This document shows positions 9,964 through 18,983 of a stretch of DNA of 64,000 bases, piece by piece. The notes beneath the pieces are model-generated. The model worked only from the letters and a program-made list of their open reading frames with translations, was not told the DNA's origin and made no database searches. Positions within the stretch are counted from its first letter, which is position 1. Each line of letters begins with the position of its first letter. The translations under genes were made by a program, and so were the position numbers. Source of the stretch: Nitrososphaerota archaeon. Its GTDB lineage: Archaea; Thermoproteota; Nitrososphaeria; Nitrososphaerales; Nitrosopumilaceae. The stretch lies in NCBI GenBank assembly GCA_028867755.1, contig JAGWFT010000001.1, positions 484,727 to 548,726 on the forward strand, written 5' to 3'.

Positions 9964-11028
9964 ATGGTTTGCACAATTGAGCAATTAAGACTTATTAACT
10001 CAATGTCAATCATTGCATTTGAGTTGGACTATTCGTCGGTCATAAATGACCAAAATATTCTGATAACTGGTGGTACAGGAAGCTTTGGCCACCAAATGAT
10101 AAAGGAACTGATGGTATACAAACCAAGACTTATCAGAATTTTCAGCAGAGATGAAGATAAACAACATCTTATGAGACAAGAGTTCGCAAATGACATTATA
10201 ATTAAGAGAATGCAGTTTGCCATAGGGGACGTTAGAGATTATGATAGGCTTTATACTGTAACAAAAGACATCGATATAATATTTCATGCAGCAGCACTAA
10301 AACAAGTTCCTACTGTGGAATCTCATCCTTTTGAGGCTGTAAAGACTAACATAATTGGTGCATACAACATAGTCAAGGCTTCTGTTGTAAGAAAAGTATC
10401 TCAAGTAGTTGCCATAAGTACTGACAAGGCAGTCAAGCCGGTTAATGCTATGGGTATGACAAAAGCATTGCAAGAAAAAATAATTCTCTCTGACGATCTA
10501 TCAAAAGACGATACAACATTTTCTTGTGTTAGATATGGCAATGTACTTGGCAGTAGGGGGAGCGTTATGCCATTATGGGATATGAAGATAGAGAAAAAAG
10601 AACCGCTTCCTATCACTCATCCTAATATGACTCGATTTATGCTAACTTTGAGTCAAGCCATAGATCTTGTCTTTTATTCTATAAAAAATGGAAAAGGGGG
10701 AGAGATATTTGTCAAAAAAGCACCTGCTGCCAAAATAGTTGATCTTGCAAAGGCATATGCACAATTGAAGACAAACAACAAAGACTATCCTATAAAATAC
10801 ATCGGTATTAGGGCAGGTGAAAAAATTGATGAGATTCTAGTTTCCGAAGAAGAGATGAGACGTGTAGAAGAAAGAAAGGATCATTTTGTGATAAAACGGG
10901 AAGAAGAATTTGATATGCAATCACTGAAAAGACCTGTTAAAGTAAAGGAATATGGTTCTGCCACTGTCAAGCATTTGAACAAAAATGAACTAATGGAACT
11001 CATGAAAAAACTCAGATGGATTACTTGA
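9964..11028 (+). CDS. UDP-GlcNAc 4,6-dehydratase (CapD/FnlA/WbvB-like)
   Basis: TGGTGSFG, SRDEDKQ, HAAALKQVP, STDKA, MGMTKA, RYGNVLGSRGSV, GIRAGEK. The true start may be about 40 nt downstream. Confidence 0.92.
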   Translation: MVCTIEQLRLINSMSIIAFELDYSSVINDQNILITGGTGSFGHQMIKELMVYKPRLIRIFSRDEDKQHLMRQEFANDIIIKRMQFAIGDVRDYDRLYTVTKDIDIIFHAAALKQVPTVESHPFEAVKTNIIGAYNIVKASVVRKVSQVVAISTDKAVKPVNAMGMTKALQEKIILSDDLSKDDTTFSCVRYGNVLGSRGSVMPLWDMKIEKKEPLPITHPNMTRFMLTLSQAIDLVFYSIKNGKGGEIFVKKAPAAKIVDLAKAYAQLKTNNKDYPIKYIGIRAGEKIDEILVSEEEMRRVEERKDHFVIKREEEFDMQSLKRPVKVKEYGSATVKHLNKNELMELMKKLRWIT

Positions 11029-11178
11029 TTTTATAGGCATTTTGTAAATATGGCATACATTAGAGGTTCTGCCCAAATGGATTTCTATTCATTATGGGAA
11101 ATTCTGACTCGAATTATTTCATAGATCGGTTAACAAAAACTATCAATAACTGTCAAACATATAACTACTGAGAAAGTA

Positions 11179-11673
11179 ATGAAAAATACAATGAATAGAA
11201 AGAAGAAAGGATTTAGAGGGTTCTATTATTTTAGGATGGGTTATACCACTTACTTTGCTATACTGATGGGTGCAATTAACACTTTATCTTCAACCTATTT
11301 TCTTTCCATAAAAAAATCACCGTGGTTGCTTGATATGTTTCCAACCTTTACAGGTTATGTGATTCTTCTAATCTCAATTGGTGTACCAATAGTGATTTTG
11401 ACTGGATGGTTACATCTTAAAAGAACTGGTACATATGCTGCAGAAGCTGATATTACTAATGAAGCTCATCCATATAACTATAAACTAGCACCTGGTTATC
11501 TGAAAGAAGTATTTGGTCCAACTTATCTAGCTATACTTAAGATTAACATAAAAAAAGTCAAGGGTGAAAAATTAACCAATGAAGAAATTCTTGAAATCAG
11601 AAAATTAGAAGATCAGCTTATGAAGCTTATAGATGGGGAACATGTAGGTAATCCTCCAAAAGGTGCATTTTAG
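11179..11673 (+). CDS. Hypothetical membrane protein, tandem paralog 1
   Basis: Two hydrophobic segments; shares motifs with 11676-12161. Confidence 0.8.
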   Translation: MKNTMNRKKKGFRGFYYFRMGYTTYFAILMGAINTLSSTYFLSIKKSPWLLDMFPTFTGYVILLISIGVPIVILTGWLHLKRTGTYAAEADITNEAHPYNYKLAPGYLKEVFGPTYLAILKINIKKVKGEKLTNEEILEIRKLEDQLMKLIDGEHVGNPPKGAF

Positions 11674-11675
11674 AA

Positions 11676-12161
11676 ATGAAGAAAAAATTACCATTTAGAG
11701 CTTGGTACTACTTTCGCGTAGGATATGTTCAATATTTTACATTTATCTTAGCACTTGCTAATATGTTTACAATTACATATTATCTTGTAATCACACATGA
11801 TCCATCTCTAAAGATTGTATTTCCAAGCTTTTCAGCATATGTTGTTATATCTACATTGATTGGCATTCCATTATTGGTACTTGTGGGATTTGTGCACTTG
11901 AAACGCTCACACGCATTCACATCGGAAATGGACATTTCAGTTGAATCAAACCCATATAACTACAAACTTTATCCTGGTATCCTAAGAGAATGTATGGCAC
12001 CATTGTATTTAGAATTGCTAATACTTGGACGAAAGTCTCTTTCTGATGAAAAAATGACTGAGGAAGAAATTGAAAAATTGGAAATATTGCAGAAAAAACT
12101 CGACTTCATTTCTCAAGGTGGAAGTCTCCAAACTCTGAACGCTAAAAACAAGACGTTATGA
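11676..12161 (+). CDS. Hypothetical membrane protein, tandem paralog 2
   Basis: FRAWYYFRVGY, FPSF, HLKR and PYNYKL motifs match paralog 1. Confidence 0.8.
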   Translation: MKKKLPFRAWYYFRVGYVQYFTFILALANMFTITYYLVITHDPSLKIVFPSFSAYVVISTLIGIPLLVLVGFVHLKRSHAFTSEMDISVESNPYNYKLYPGILRECMAPLYLELLILGRKSLSDEKMTEEEIEKLEILQKKLDFISQGGSLQTLNAKNKTL

Positions 12162-13036
12162 AAGTATCAATTATTATACCTGTGTATAATGCAACAAAAT
12201 ACATTGATGAATGTATTAAATCTGCATTGGATCAAACCTATGAGGATATTGAAGTTATCGCTGTAGATGATGGTTCAAAGGATGACTCACTTCAAAAACT
12301 ACAAAAATATACTGACAAAATAAAAATCATATCTAAAAAAAATGGAGGCACACCAACAGCTCTTAATTCTGGTATCAAAGTTATGACTGGTGAATGGTTC
12401 AAGTGGCTAAGTGCTGATGATTTATTGGAAAAAAATGCGATTGAAGTTTTAATTAATGAAACAAAACAACTTGGAAATAACTCGAAATTGTGTATCTTAT
12501 ACTCTAATTATGATCTAATCGATCACGACAGTAAAATTGTGGGTGAGTTCATAGAACCAAACTACAACCAACTAGGAAGCTTTCAACAAAGTGTAATTCT
12601 ACTTGATCATTACTATGGCAATGGAACTACTAGTCTTATTCACAAATCTCTTTTCGACAAATTTGGTCTCTTCGACGAAAAAATAGGATTCCAAGAAGAT
12701 TATGAGTTTTGGCTCAGATGTTGCATTTTCCATAACTGTAATTTACATTTGATTCCACAAAAACTAGCAAGATATAGAATTCACGAAGGGCAATTAACCA
12801 AAAAGAAGATAAACGAATCTTTAGTACATGCAAATCTTATAAGAAATCTTATTTTAAATAAATTACCTATCGACAAGAAAAATCTTTACCTAGAAGCATT
12901 AAAAAAATATCGAAAGCAAAAACCCATGAGTATAAGAGTCAGAAGACAAATTAGAGATATTATGATTCGAGTCTTGCCAAAAAACATGTCTAGTTCTATT
13001 ATCCAATCTTATGTGAATGGAAAAAAGACTAATTGA
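12158..13036 (+). CDS. Glycosyltransferase family 2 (GT-A)
   Basis: VSIIIPVYN, VDDGSKD, NGG...ALNSG, LSADD, QEDYEFWLR. Confidence 0.93.
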   Translation: MKVSIIIPVYNATKYIDECIKSALDQTYEDIEVIAVDDGSKDDSLQKLQKYTDKIKIISKKNGGTPTALNSGIKVMTGEWFKWLSADDLLEKNAIEVLINETKQLGNNSKLCILYSNYDLIDHDSKIVGEFIEPNYNQLGSFQQSVILLDHYYGNGTTSLIHKSLFDKFGLFDEKIGFQEDYEFWLRCCIFHNCNLHLIPQKLARYRIHEGQLTKKKINESLVHANLIRNLILNKLPIDKKNLYLEALKKYRKQKPMSIRVRRQIRDIMIRVLPKNMSSSIIQSYVNGKKTN

Positions 13037-14099
13037 TGGATTCAATCTCTTTCAATAATTCTTTTTGGAAATTCTCCACAGAAAATTTTTCTATATATTG
13101 TCTCAACATGGGCTTCAAATGATCATATTTACCTCCTAGCGCATCCTTAAGCTTATTGACAGCATCTTCTTTATCTTTAAATCTCAAAGCATCTATTGGA
13201 ACTGTTTCTGCAAAAGCAGAATTGTTTGGTACTATTGGGATACATCCTGCAGAGATTGCTTCTACAACGGCTATTCCAAAAGTTTCTTTCGATGGATGAA
13301 AATAGACTTTTGCTGAACCTAATGAATTTTCAATCTCGATATTAGATAGATTATAAAATAAAGATATGTTTTTTGAATCTATATTATTCTTTAAATCATT
13401 ACATAGTTTTATTTGAGAACCAAGTCTAGCATTACCAATTAATTCGTAATCAAAGTTGCTTGATTTTACTACCTGTATTGCAAATTCAAGATTTTTCTCT
13501 GGAGAAAATCTTGAAAGAGTAACTATTTTATTTTTTTTGAGATTATCAAAATACTTTGCAAATTTTTTTATATCTACTGGTGGATAAATAACCTTTGATT
13601 CTTTCTGAATTATTTTATTTATTATATTTTTAGTATAATTTGAGTTGGACACAAGTTTAACTGAAGAACTTTGTAGGACTTCAAAAGTTCTCTTAACATT
13701 TTTTTGGATTATCTTGTAATACTGACTTTTCAATCCATGGAATTTTTTATGTAAGAATTCATAATCTGCCTCAAAAGTAGAATGACAATAAAGTATAACC
13801 TTCTTTGTAGTTTTTTCTAATGAAAGTCCACCACTGCTAATAACTAGGACGTCTTCTTGATTTGCATTACTAAACAGTCGTTGAATTTCTTTCATTCGTT
13901 GATATTTCCAAAAAGATGGAAAATTATGACGGTTAGTTCTATGTACTTTAAAATTTTGTGTCTCTTCAATTACGGGAGGTTCTACTGTATATAGAGTTGT
14001 GAAATGTTCCGTTTTCTTCAAGGCATCTAAAATATGCATGGTAGTATTCTCTGCGCCACCAAATACTTTGAATGAAGGATGAATTATACCAATATTCAC
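13029..14099 (-). CDS. Glycosyltransferase family 4 (paralog of 6958-8040)
   Basis: GGAE, YPPVD, EKN, ETFGIAVVEAISAGCIPIV. Confidence 0.9.
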   Translation of the reverse strand: MNIGIIHPSFKVFGGAENTTMHILDALKKTEHFTTLYTVEPPVIEETQNFKVHRTNRHNFPSFWKYQRMKEIQRLFSNANQEDVLVISSGGLSLEKTTKKVILYCHSTFEADYEFLHKKFHGLKSQYYKIIQKNVKRTFEVLQSSSVKLVSNSNYTKNIINKIIQKESKVIYPPVDIKKFAKYFDNLKKNKIVTLSRFSPEKNLEFAIQVVKSSNFDYELIGNARLGSQIKLCNDLKNNIDSKNISLFYNLSNIEIENSLGSAKVYFHPSKETFGIAVVEAISAGCIPIVPNNSAFAETVPIDALRFKDKEDAVNKLKDALGGKYDHLKPMLRQYIEKFSVENFQKELLKEIESIN

Positions 14100-14233
14100 T
14101 ATGGATTAAATTTCAGAGCTTGATATAACTCATTTTGACTTATGTTAAATTTTTGTAATAATATAATAATATTTTTTATGTTAAATTTTTTACAATGGGA
14201 TGGTATATTTAGGAATAATTTAATTAAGGTGTA

Positions 14234-14812
14234 TTGAATTGGCTTGGAAATATAATCCAGAGACATGTATCTGACAATGATACAGTAGTTGATCTTGGAT
14301 GTGGAATAATGCAAGCTACTACAGACATACTTGAACAGATGTCTGAAAACCAAAACACCAAATACCGCATCAAGAAAAAATTGTTCAAATCTAGTAATTT
14401 AAAGTGTAAATTAATTCTTGGATGTGACTTGTGGGAAGATTATCTTAAGGTTGCAAATAGATATTGGCCAGTAATAAAACTTGGAATGAATGAATTGAAC
14501 AAACTTGTTGACAATAGTTTTGACATTGTTCTTTGTCTTGATGTTTTAGAACACTTGGAATTACAAGAAGCGCTTTACGCAATAGAACACATGAAAAGGA
14601 TTGCTAGAAGAAAAGTCATAATTTATACTCCTTCAAAGTATATTACTAATGAGGAACATGTTGATAACGCATGGGGATTAGGCGAAAATCCATATCAAAT
14701 ACACAAGTGTTTCCTTGAACCTGAAACATTGACAAATCTGGGATTTGATATATCGTTTCCAGAACCAGATAAAAATACCTTGGGAATATTCAATAAAAGT
14801 AGTACCACTTAA
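14234..14812 (+). CDS. Class I SAM-dependent methyltransferase
   Basis: VVDLGCG motif I, FDIVLCLDVLEHL. Confidence 0.85.
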   Translation: MNWLGNIIQRHVSDNDTVVDLGCGIMQATTDILEQMSENQNTKYRIKKKLFKSSNLKCKLILGCDLWEDYLKVANRYWPVIKLGMNELNKLVDNSFDIVLCLDVLEHLELQEALYAIEHMKRIARRKVIIYTPSKYITNEEHVDNAWGLGENPYQIHKCFLEPETLTNLGFDISFPEPDKNTLGIFNKSSTT

Positions 14813-14937
14813 TTCTCTAGTTATGAAAATATTAGTCTAGGTAGAATATATCCAAGACGATTCAGACCATGTATTAATAAGATCATTTTTCAAATGGATA
14901 AGGCTATTATTTGTCCATTCATAACAAAATGTGTTTG

Positions 14938-15714
14938 ATGTTAAAAGATGTAATCTGTGGTCTTGGAGAAATTGGCATGCCAATTTTCAAATTAATATCT
15001 CGCAATATGAAAATTATAGGATATGATATTAATCTACATTTATCGAATGAAAAAAAGCTTGTAATGTATTCATCAATTCCAACAGAATTACTGCATATAT
15101 GTATTCCATATAACAAAAAATTCGAAATAAATGTTCTTGATCTGGTATCAAGATTTAATCCTAGAGCTATTGTTATTCATAGTACAATAAAGCCTGGTAC
15201 TACAGAAAGGTTACAAAAAAGACTTTCCATTCCTGTTATTTATAGTGCAACTAGGGGTGTACATAAACGAATGATAGAAGATCTTAAGAGATATACAAAA
15301 TTTTATTCTGTATACAACTGGGCTCCAAAGTCAAGATGGGCAAAAAAGATTTATCAAAATAGAATGAAAAAAGCAGGAATAAAAACAAAAACAATGTCAA
15401 ACCCACTTACTCTTGAACTAGCAAAGATTGTTGTTGATACATCATACTATGGTTGGTTGATAAACTATGCTCAACTTAGCAACATGATTGCTATCAAACA
15501 TAAGATAGATTATGACGAAATGTGGTCGTATGCAGATGAGATTCACAAATATTTGGGAAACAGACCAAAGATGTTTCCGGGATTTATTGGGGGTCATTGT
15601 GTTATACCTAATCTTGATTTGATAGATGATGATGCTATTAAACTGATAAAAGAGATCAATTCTGACTATGCCATGGTCTTAAAAAACAGACAAGCACTTG
15701 ACAAGAAATATTGA
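14938..15714 (+). CDS. Short UDP-glucose/GDP-mannose dehydrogenase-like protein
   Basis: GLGEIG Rossmann motif, IHSTIKPGTT, ELAK, FIGGHC. Lacks the C-terminal domain. Start trimmed from 14911. Confidence 0.75.
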   Translation: MLKDVICGLGEIGMPIFKLISRNMKIIGYDINLHLSNEKKLVMYSSIPTELLHICIPYNKKFEINVLDLVSRFNPRAIVIHSTIKPGTTERLQKRLSIPVIYSATRGVHKRMIEDLKRYTKFYSVYNWAPKSRWAKKIYQNRMKKAGIKTKTMSNPLTLELAKIVVDTSYYGWLINYAQLSNMIAIKHKIDYDEMWSYADEIHKYLGNRPKMFPGFIGGHCVIPNLDLIDDDAIKLIKEINSDYAMVLKNRQALDKKY

Positions 15715-15769
15715 AAACTTTTCATTGTTATATTGAATGGTATATAGTATAGTTACGGGAAAGAGACTT

Positions 15770-16825
15770 ATGGAAACCAAGATTCATTCCAGTCTTAGAA
15801 CAGTGGAATGGAAAGATAATGTTGTTGTAATGATTGATCAGACTAGGTTACCAAATGAATTGGTCTACGTAAAATATACAGATTACAAAGATGTTGCTGA
15901 TGCAATACGAAATCTTGTGGTGAGAGGTGCTCCAGCCATAGGAGTTTCAGGTGCTTTTGGACTCGCCTTGGCTGCATTACAAAGTAAAGCAACAGATAAG
16001 GAAAGTCTTCTCAAAGATCTGGAACAAGCAAAAAAAATTCTTTTTGAAACAAGACCAACTGCAATTAATCTGGCGTGGGGACTAGAAAAGATAATGAACA
16101 TTGCAAGATCAGGAAAAGATGCCTCTGAAATCAGAAATAATGTTATCAAAGAAGCAAAAGCTATGGCAGAAGAAGATATTGAAATAAACATGCGCATGGG
16201 AAAACATGGATCTCAGTTGTTTCATGATAATGATACCATAATGACTCATTGTAATGCTGGTGCTTTGGCTACAGTAGCTTATGGTACTGCCCTTGGAGTA
16301 ATAAGAGCTACAAAAGAAAGTGGAAAAAAGATCAAAGTCATAGCCACGGAAACTAGACCTGTAATGCAAGGTTCAAGACTTACTGCATTTGAGCTAAAGT
16401 ATGATGGAATCGACGTAAGTTTGATTCCTGACACTGCAGTTGGATATTCAATGGCAAATGGTCTTGTTTCCAAAGTAATTGTTGGGGCCGATCGAATATT
16501 ACACACAGGACATGTCTACAACAAAATTGGAACCTATCAAGTAGCAATGATGGCAAAACAACATAACATACCGTTCTATGTTGCAGCACCTCTTTCTACA
16601 TTTGACATGAAAAGTGCTCCAAGTGACGTCGTAATAGAACAACGAAAAGCAAGTGAGGTCACTAGAGTAGCAGGTAAAAAAACTGCACCTGATGATATTA
16701 ATGTGATAAATCCAGCCTTTGATATGACCCCCCCCGAACTCATAACTGGAATAATAACAGAGGTCGGTGTGGCAAAACCTCCTTTTGAAGAGTCAATCAA
16801 AAAATTGTTTGAGCCAAAGCTGTAA
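15770..16825 (+). CDS. mtnA: S-methyl-5-thioribose-1-phosphate isomerase (eIF-2B-like)
   Basis: IDQTRLP, VRGAPAIG, TRPTAINL, THCNAGALAT, ETRP, VGADR, NKIGT. Start trimmed from 15737. Confidence 0.9.
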   Translation: METKIHSSLRTVEWKDNVVVMIDQTRLPNELVYVKYTDYKDVADAIRNLVVRGAPAIGVSGAFGLALAALQSKATDKESLLKDLEQAKKILFETRPTAINLAWGLEKIMNIARSGKDASEIRNNVIKEAKAMAEEDIEINMRMGKHGSQLFHDNDTIMTHCNAGALATVAYGTALGVIRATKESGKKIKVIATETRPVMQGSRLTAFELKYDGIDVSLIPDTAVGYSMANGLVSKVIVGADRILHTGHVYNKIGTYQVAMMAKQHNIPFYVAAPLSTFDMKSAPSDVVIEQRKASEVTRVAGKKTAPDDINVINPAFDMTPPELITGIITEVGVAKPPFEESIKKLFEPKL

Positions 16826-16858
16826 GGTATTTATTCTATAGGCAAGTCAAATCAGTTC

Positions 16859-17488
16859 ATGGCAACAGTAACTGCTACACAAGTATTAGAATCTCTGAAA
16901 CAATGCATGGATCCAGAAATTCCAATCAATGTCGTGGATATGGGACTCATTTATGGAGTAAACGTATCTGATGATAACAAAGTAGATGTCAAAATGACAA
17001 TGACTACACGTGGTTGCCCCTTGCATGATACGCTTGTAAGTGATGTAAAAAGATATGTAAACAAAGTTTCAGGAGTATCTTCTGTTAACGTAGAAATAGT
17101 TTGGGATCCTCCATGGACTCCAGAAAAGATGTCAGATGAAGGAAAGAAAATAATCAACTACGGAAAACAAAAAATTGTTGCCCCAATAAACTATGAAACT
17201 GCACTACCGCAAGGAATGGGTTCTGTAGTAAAACAGGAAGATGGATCTCTTATCTTGATGGATGAAAACCAACAAGGATTCATGGTAAATCAAGCCATAG
17301 TAGATTTCTGGCAGCTTTGCAATGGGAAGAGAAAGATAACAGAACTGGTGGATGCATTTGCCCAAAAAATGGGCCTCTCAAGAGGACAAGTGGAAAAAGA
17401 GGTTCTACAATTGATCCAACAGTTAAGAGATGGAAGATTAATTATAATAAAAGAACCAGAAGTCTCTAACGTCCAATTTAAGAAATAG
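16859..17488 (+). CDS. DUF59/SufT (MIP18-like) Fe-S assembly domain fused to a PqqD-like domain
   Basis: DPE, DMGLIYGV, TTRGCP and PPW motifs of DUF59. The C-terminal NQAIVDFWQLCNGKRKITELVDAF...LIQQL resembles PqqD. Confidence 0.8.
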   Translation: MATVTATQVLESLKQCMDPEIPINVVDMGLIYGVNVSDDNKVDVKMTMTTRGCPLHDTLVSDVKRYVNKVSGVSSVNVEIVWDPPWTPEKMSDEGKKIINYGKQKIVAPINYETALPQGMGSVVKQEDGSLILMDENQQGFMVNQAIVDFWQLCNGKRKITELVDAFAQKMGLSRGQVEKEVLQLIQQLRDGRLIIIKEPEVSNVQFKK

Positions 17489-17491
17489 ATA

Positions 17492-17731
17492 TCAAATTTC
17501 TGTAATCTCTATTATTGTACCTTGAACAGAATCCATCTTTACAATAGCTCTTTTTTTTCCAAATCCTAAAGCAACATACCAATCTCCACCATCATCATCA
17601 TATTTGGTTTCAAGAGTCTTGATCTCTCCTGCACTTACGCTATATTTCTGAACTATTCCAGATATTGCTAATGGTATCGCTTCTTTTTCAGTAGGCAGTC
17701 TTCTCTTCATTAAGCCAATTCCAGGACTCAT
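17492..17731 (-). CDS. Small hypothetical protein (possible PepSY-like fold)
   Basis: 79-aa ORF; helix followed by beta strands, WYV...VKMDSVQGTII pattern. Confidence 0.65.
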   Translation of the reverse strand: MSPGIGLMKRRLPTEKEAIPLAISGIVQKYSVSAGEIKTLETKYDDDGGDWYVALGFGKKRAIVKMDSVQGTIIEITEI

Positions 17732-17839
17732 GAACTCACTAGATCATAGAAGTATAATAATTGTAGTCTCACAGATCTTATTTTTTATAACCAATATTAT
17801 AAAACCTGACTAGTAATTCATGTATCTATTTATTTCTAA

Positions 17840-17913
17840 GGGCCCGGAGGGATTCGAACCCTCGACCTGGTGGTCCGAAGCCACCCGCACTATCCTGGCT
17901 ATGCAACGGGTCC
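17840..17913 (-). tRNA. tRNA-Arg(TCG)
   Basis: Cloverleaf: anticodon stem GGTGG/CCACC around CT-TCG-GA, T-arm GAGGG-TTCGAAT-CCCTC. The acceptor stem has an A3:C70 mismatch. Confidence 0.93.
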
Positions 17914-18065
17914 AATCAAGTAAGAATTTAACAGGGCTATAATGATTCTGTATTTATTTTATTGAACTAATTTAAGATTAGATGTAAGAAAATTTTGTTG
18001 CTGTATCTAAAAGACAAAAATGCTGTATAGATGTGAAAATGTTACAAATTCAATAATACCTTCTG

Positions 18066-18710
18066 TTACACCTTTTCAGCCTTGAACACATAATATGCTT
18101 CGTAAGCAGGGTTTTTTATATCGTAGTATGTAATTCTAAAATTCTTCAAAAGCTCGGCTATTTCCTCGTCTTTGTAAGCATAAGTTTCATCGTTATAGAA
18201 AGACATTCTTGGTATCTGTGCGTAAAACAACCCACTGCTTTTTAATATTCGATGTATATCATTCACATATGATTTTTGAATCATTTTGTTCATATGTTGA
18301 AAGGCTATTTCACAATAAACCACATCAAATGTTTTGTCTTCTAGAATGCTTAGTGTCTTGCCATCATTTACGTAGAATTTAGCATTTGGATATTGTTTAT
18401 TATATTCTTTAGCTTTTTCTATCATATCAGGAATGAAGTCAACTCCTACGTATTGTTTTACCTTTGGAGAGACCCATTTGCATGTTCTACCTATTCCACA
18501 AGCAAGATCTAAAACAACAAATTCAGGAAGTAGTGGTATATCTAAGAAAAACAATATGCTATCTTTCTTAGTTGCAAATGTTTCTCTATCAAATCCATCA
18601 CAAATTTTCTCTATTGTTTTTTCTAATGGTCCCTTAGCAGCTTCAGCCCAATATTCTTTAGTTCTATCAGTTGGATGTTTCTTGAAAAATCTATGTAAAA
18701 AACCAGTCAT
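18066..18710 (-). CDS. Class I SAM-dependent methyltransferase
   Basis: VLDLACGIGR, YVGVDF, NDG, FDVVY...AFQH. Confidence 0.88.
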   Translation of the reverse strand: MTGFLHRFFKKHPTDRTKEYWAEAAKGPLEKTIEKICDGFDRETFATKKDSILFFLDIPLLPEFVVLDLACGIGRTCKWVSPKVKQYVGVDFIPDMIEKAKEYNKQYPNAKFYVNDGKTLSILEDKTFDVVYCEIAFQHMNKMIQKSYVNDIHRILKSSGLFYAQIPRMSFYNDETYAYKDEEIAELLKNFRITYYDIKNPAYEAYYVFKAEKV

Positions 18711-18983
18711 TTTGTAAGCGTTTTACATTTTAACCTATTAAATGTTATAGATTCAAGAATGTAATAAACTCTCAAAATTACGTTTACACAGGATCATTAT
18801 CTAAGTCCTGATCTAGAAGTATTTGCAACACACAGTAATGGTATTGGATATGCTTTCTTATGATTATGTGTCTTTGTGTATAAGTAGAGTTTTCTCTACT
18901 CTTTATCTGCATCTTCGTACTGAAATGGGATTTAAATTCTTACCTTGAAAGTATTATACGTGGCTAAATATTTGTCTAGGTAA

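Noticed and set aside
11050-11124. 24-codon ORF MAYIRGSAQMDFYSLWEILTRIIS
   Set aside because: Too short, with no motif or supporting signal
14099-14353. 84-aa minus-strand ORF abutting the GT4 start
   Set aside because: It overlaps the methyltransferase and covers an extremely AT-rich spacer, so it is probably spurious
17840-18710. tRNA-anchored genomic island at tRNA-Arg(TCG); same check at the other three tRNAs
   Set aside because: I found no duplicated tRNA 3' end (att site) and no integrase by eye. The flanking genes are ordinary.
18883-18900. Inverted repeat AGTAGAG-TTTT-CTCTACT in a 270-bp intergenic region
   Set aside because: A 7-bp AT-rich stem is expected by chance, and there is no second copy to suggest an operator
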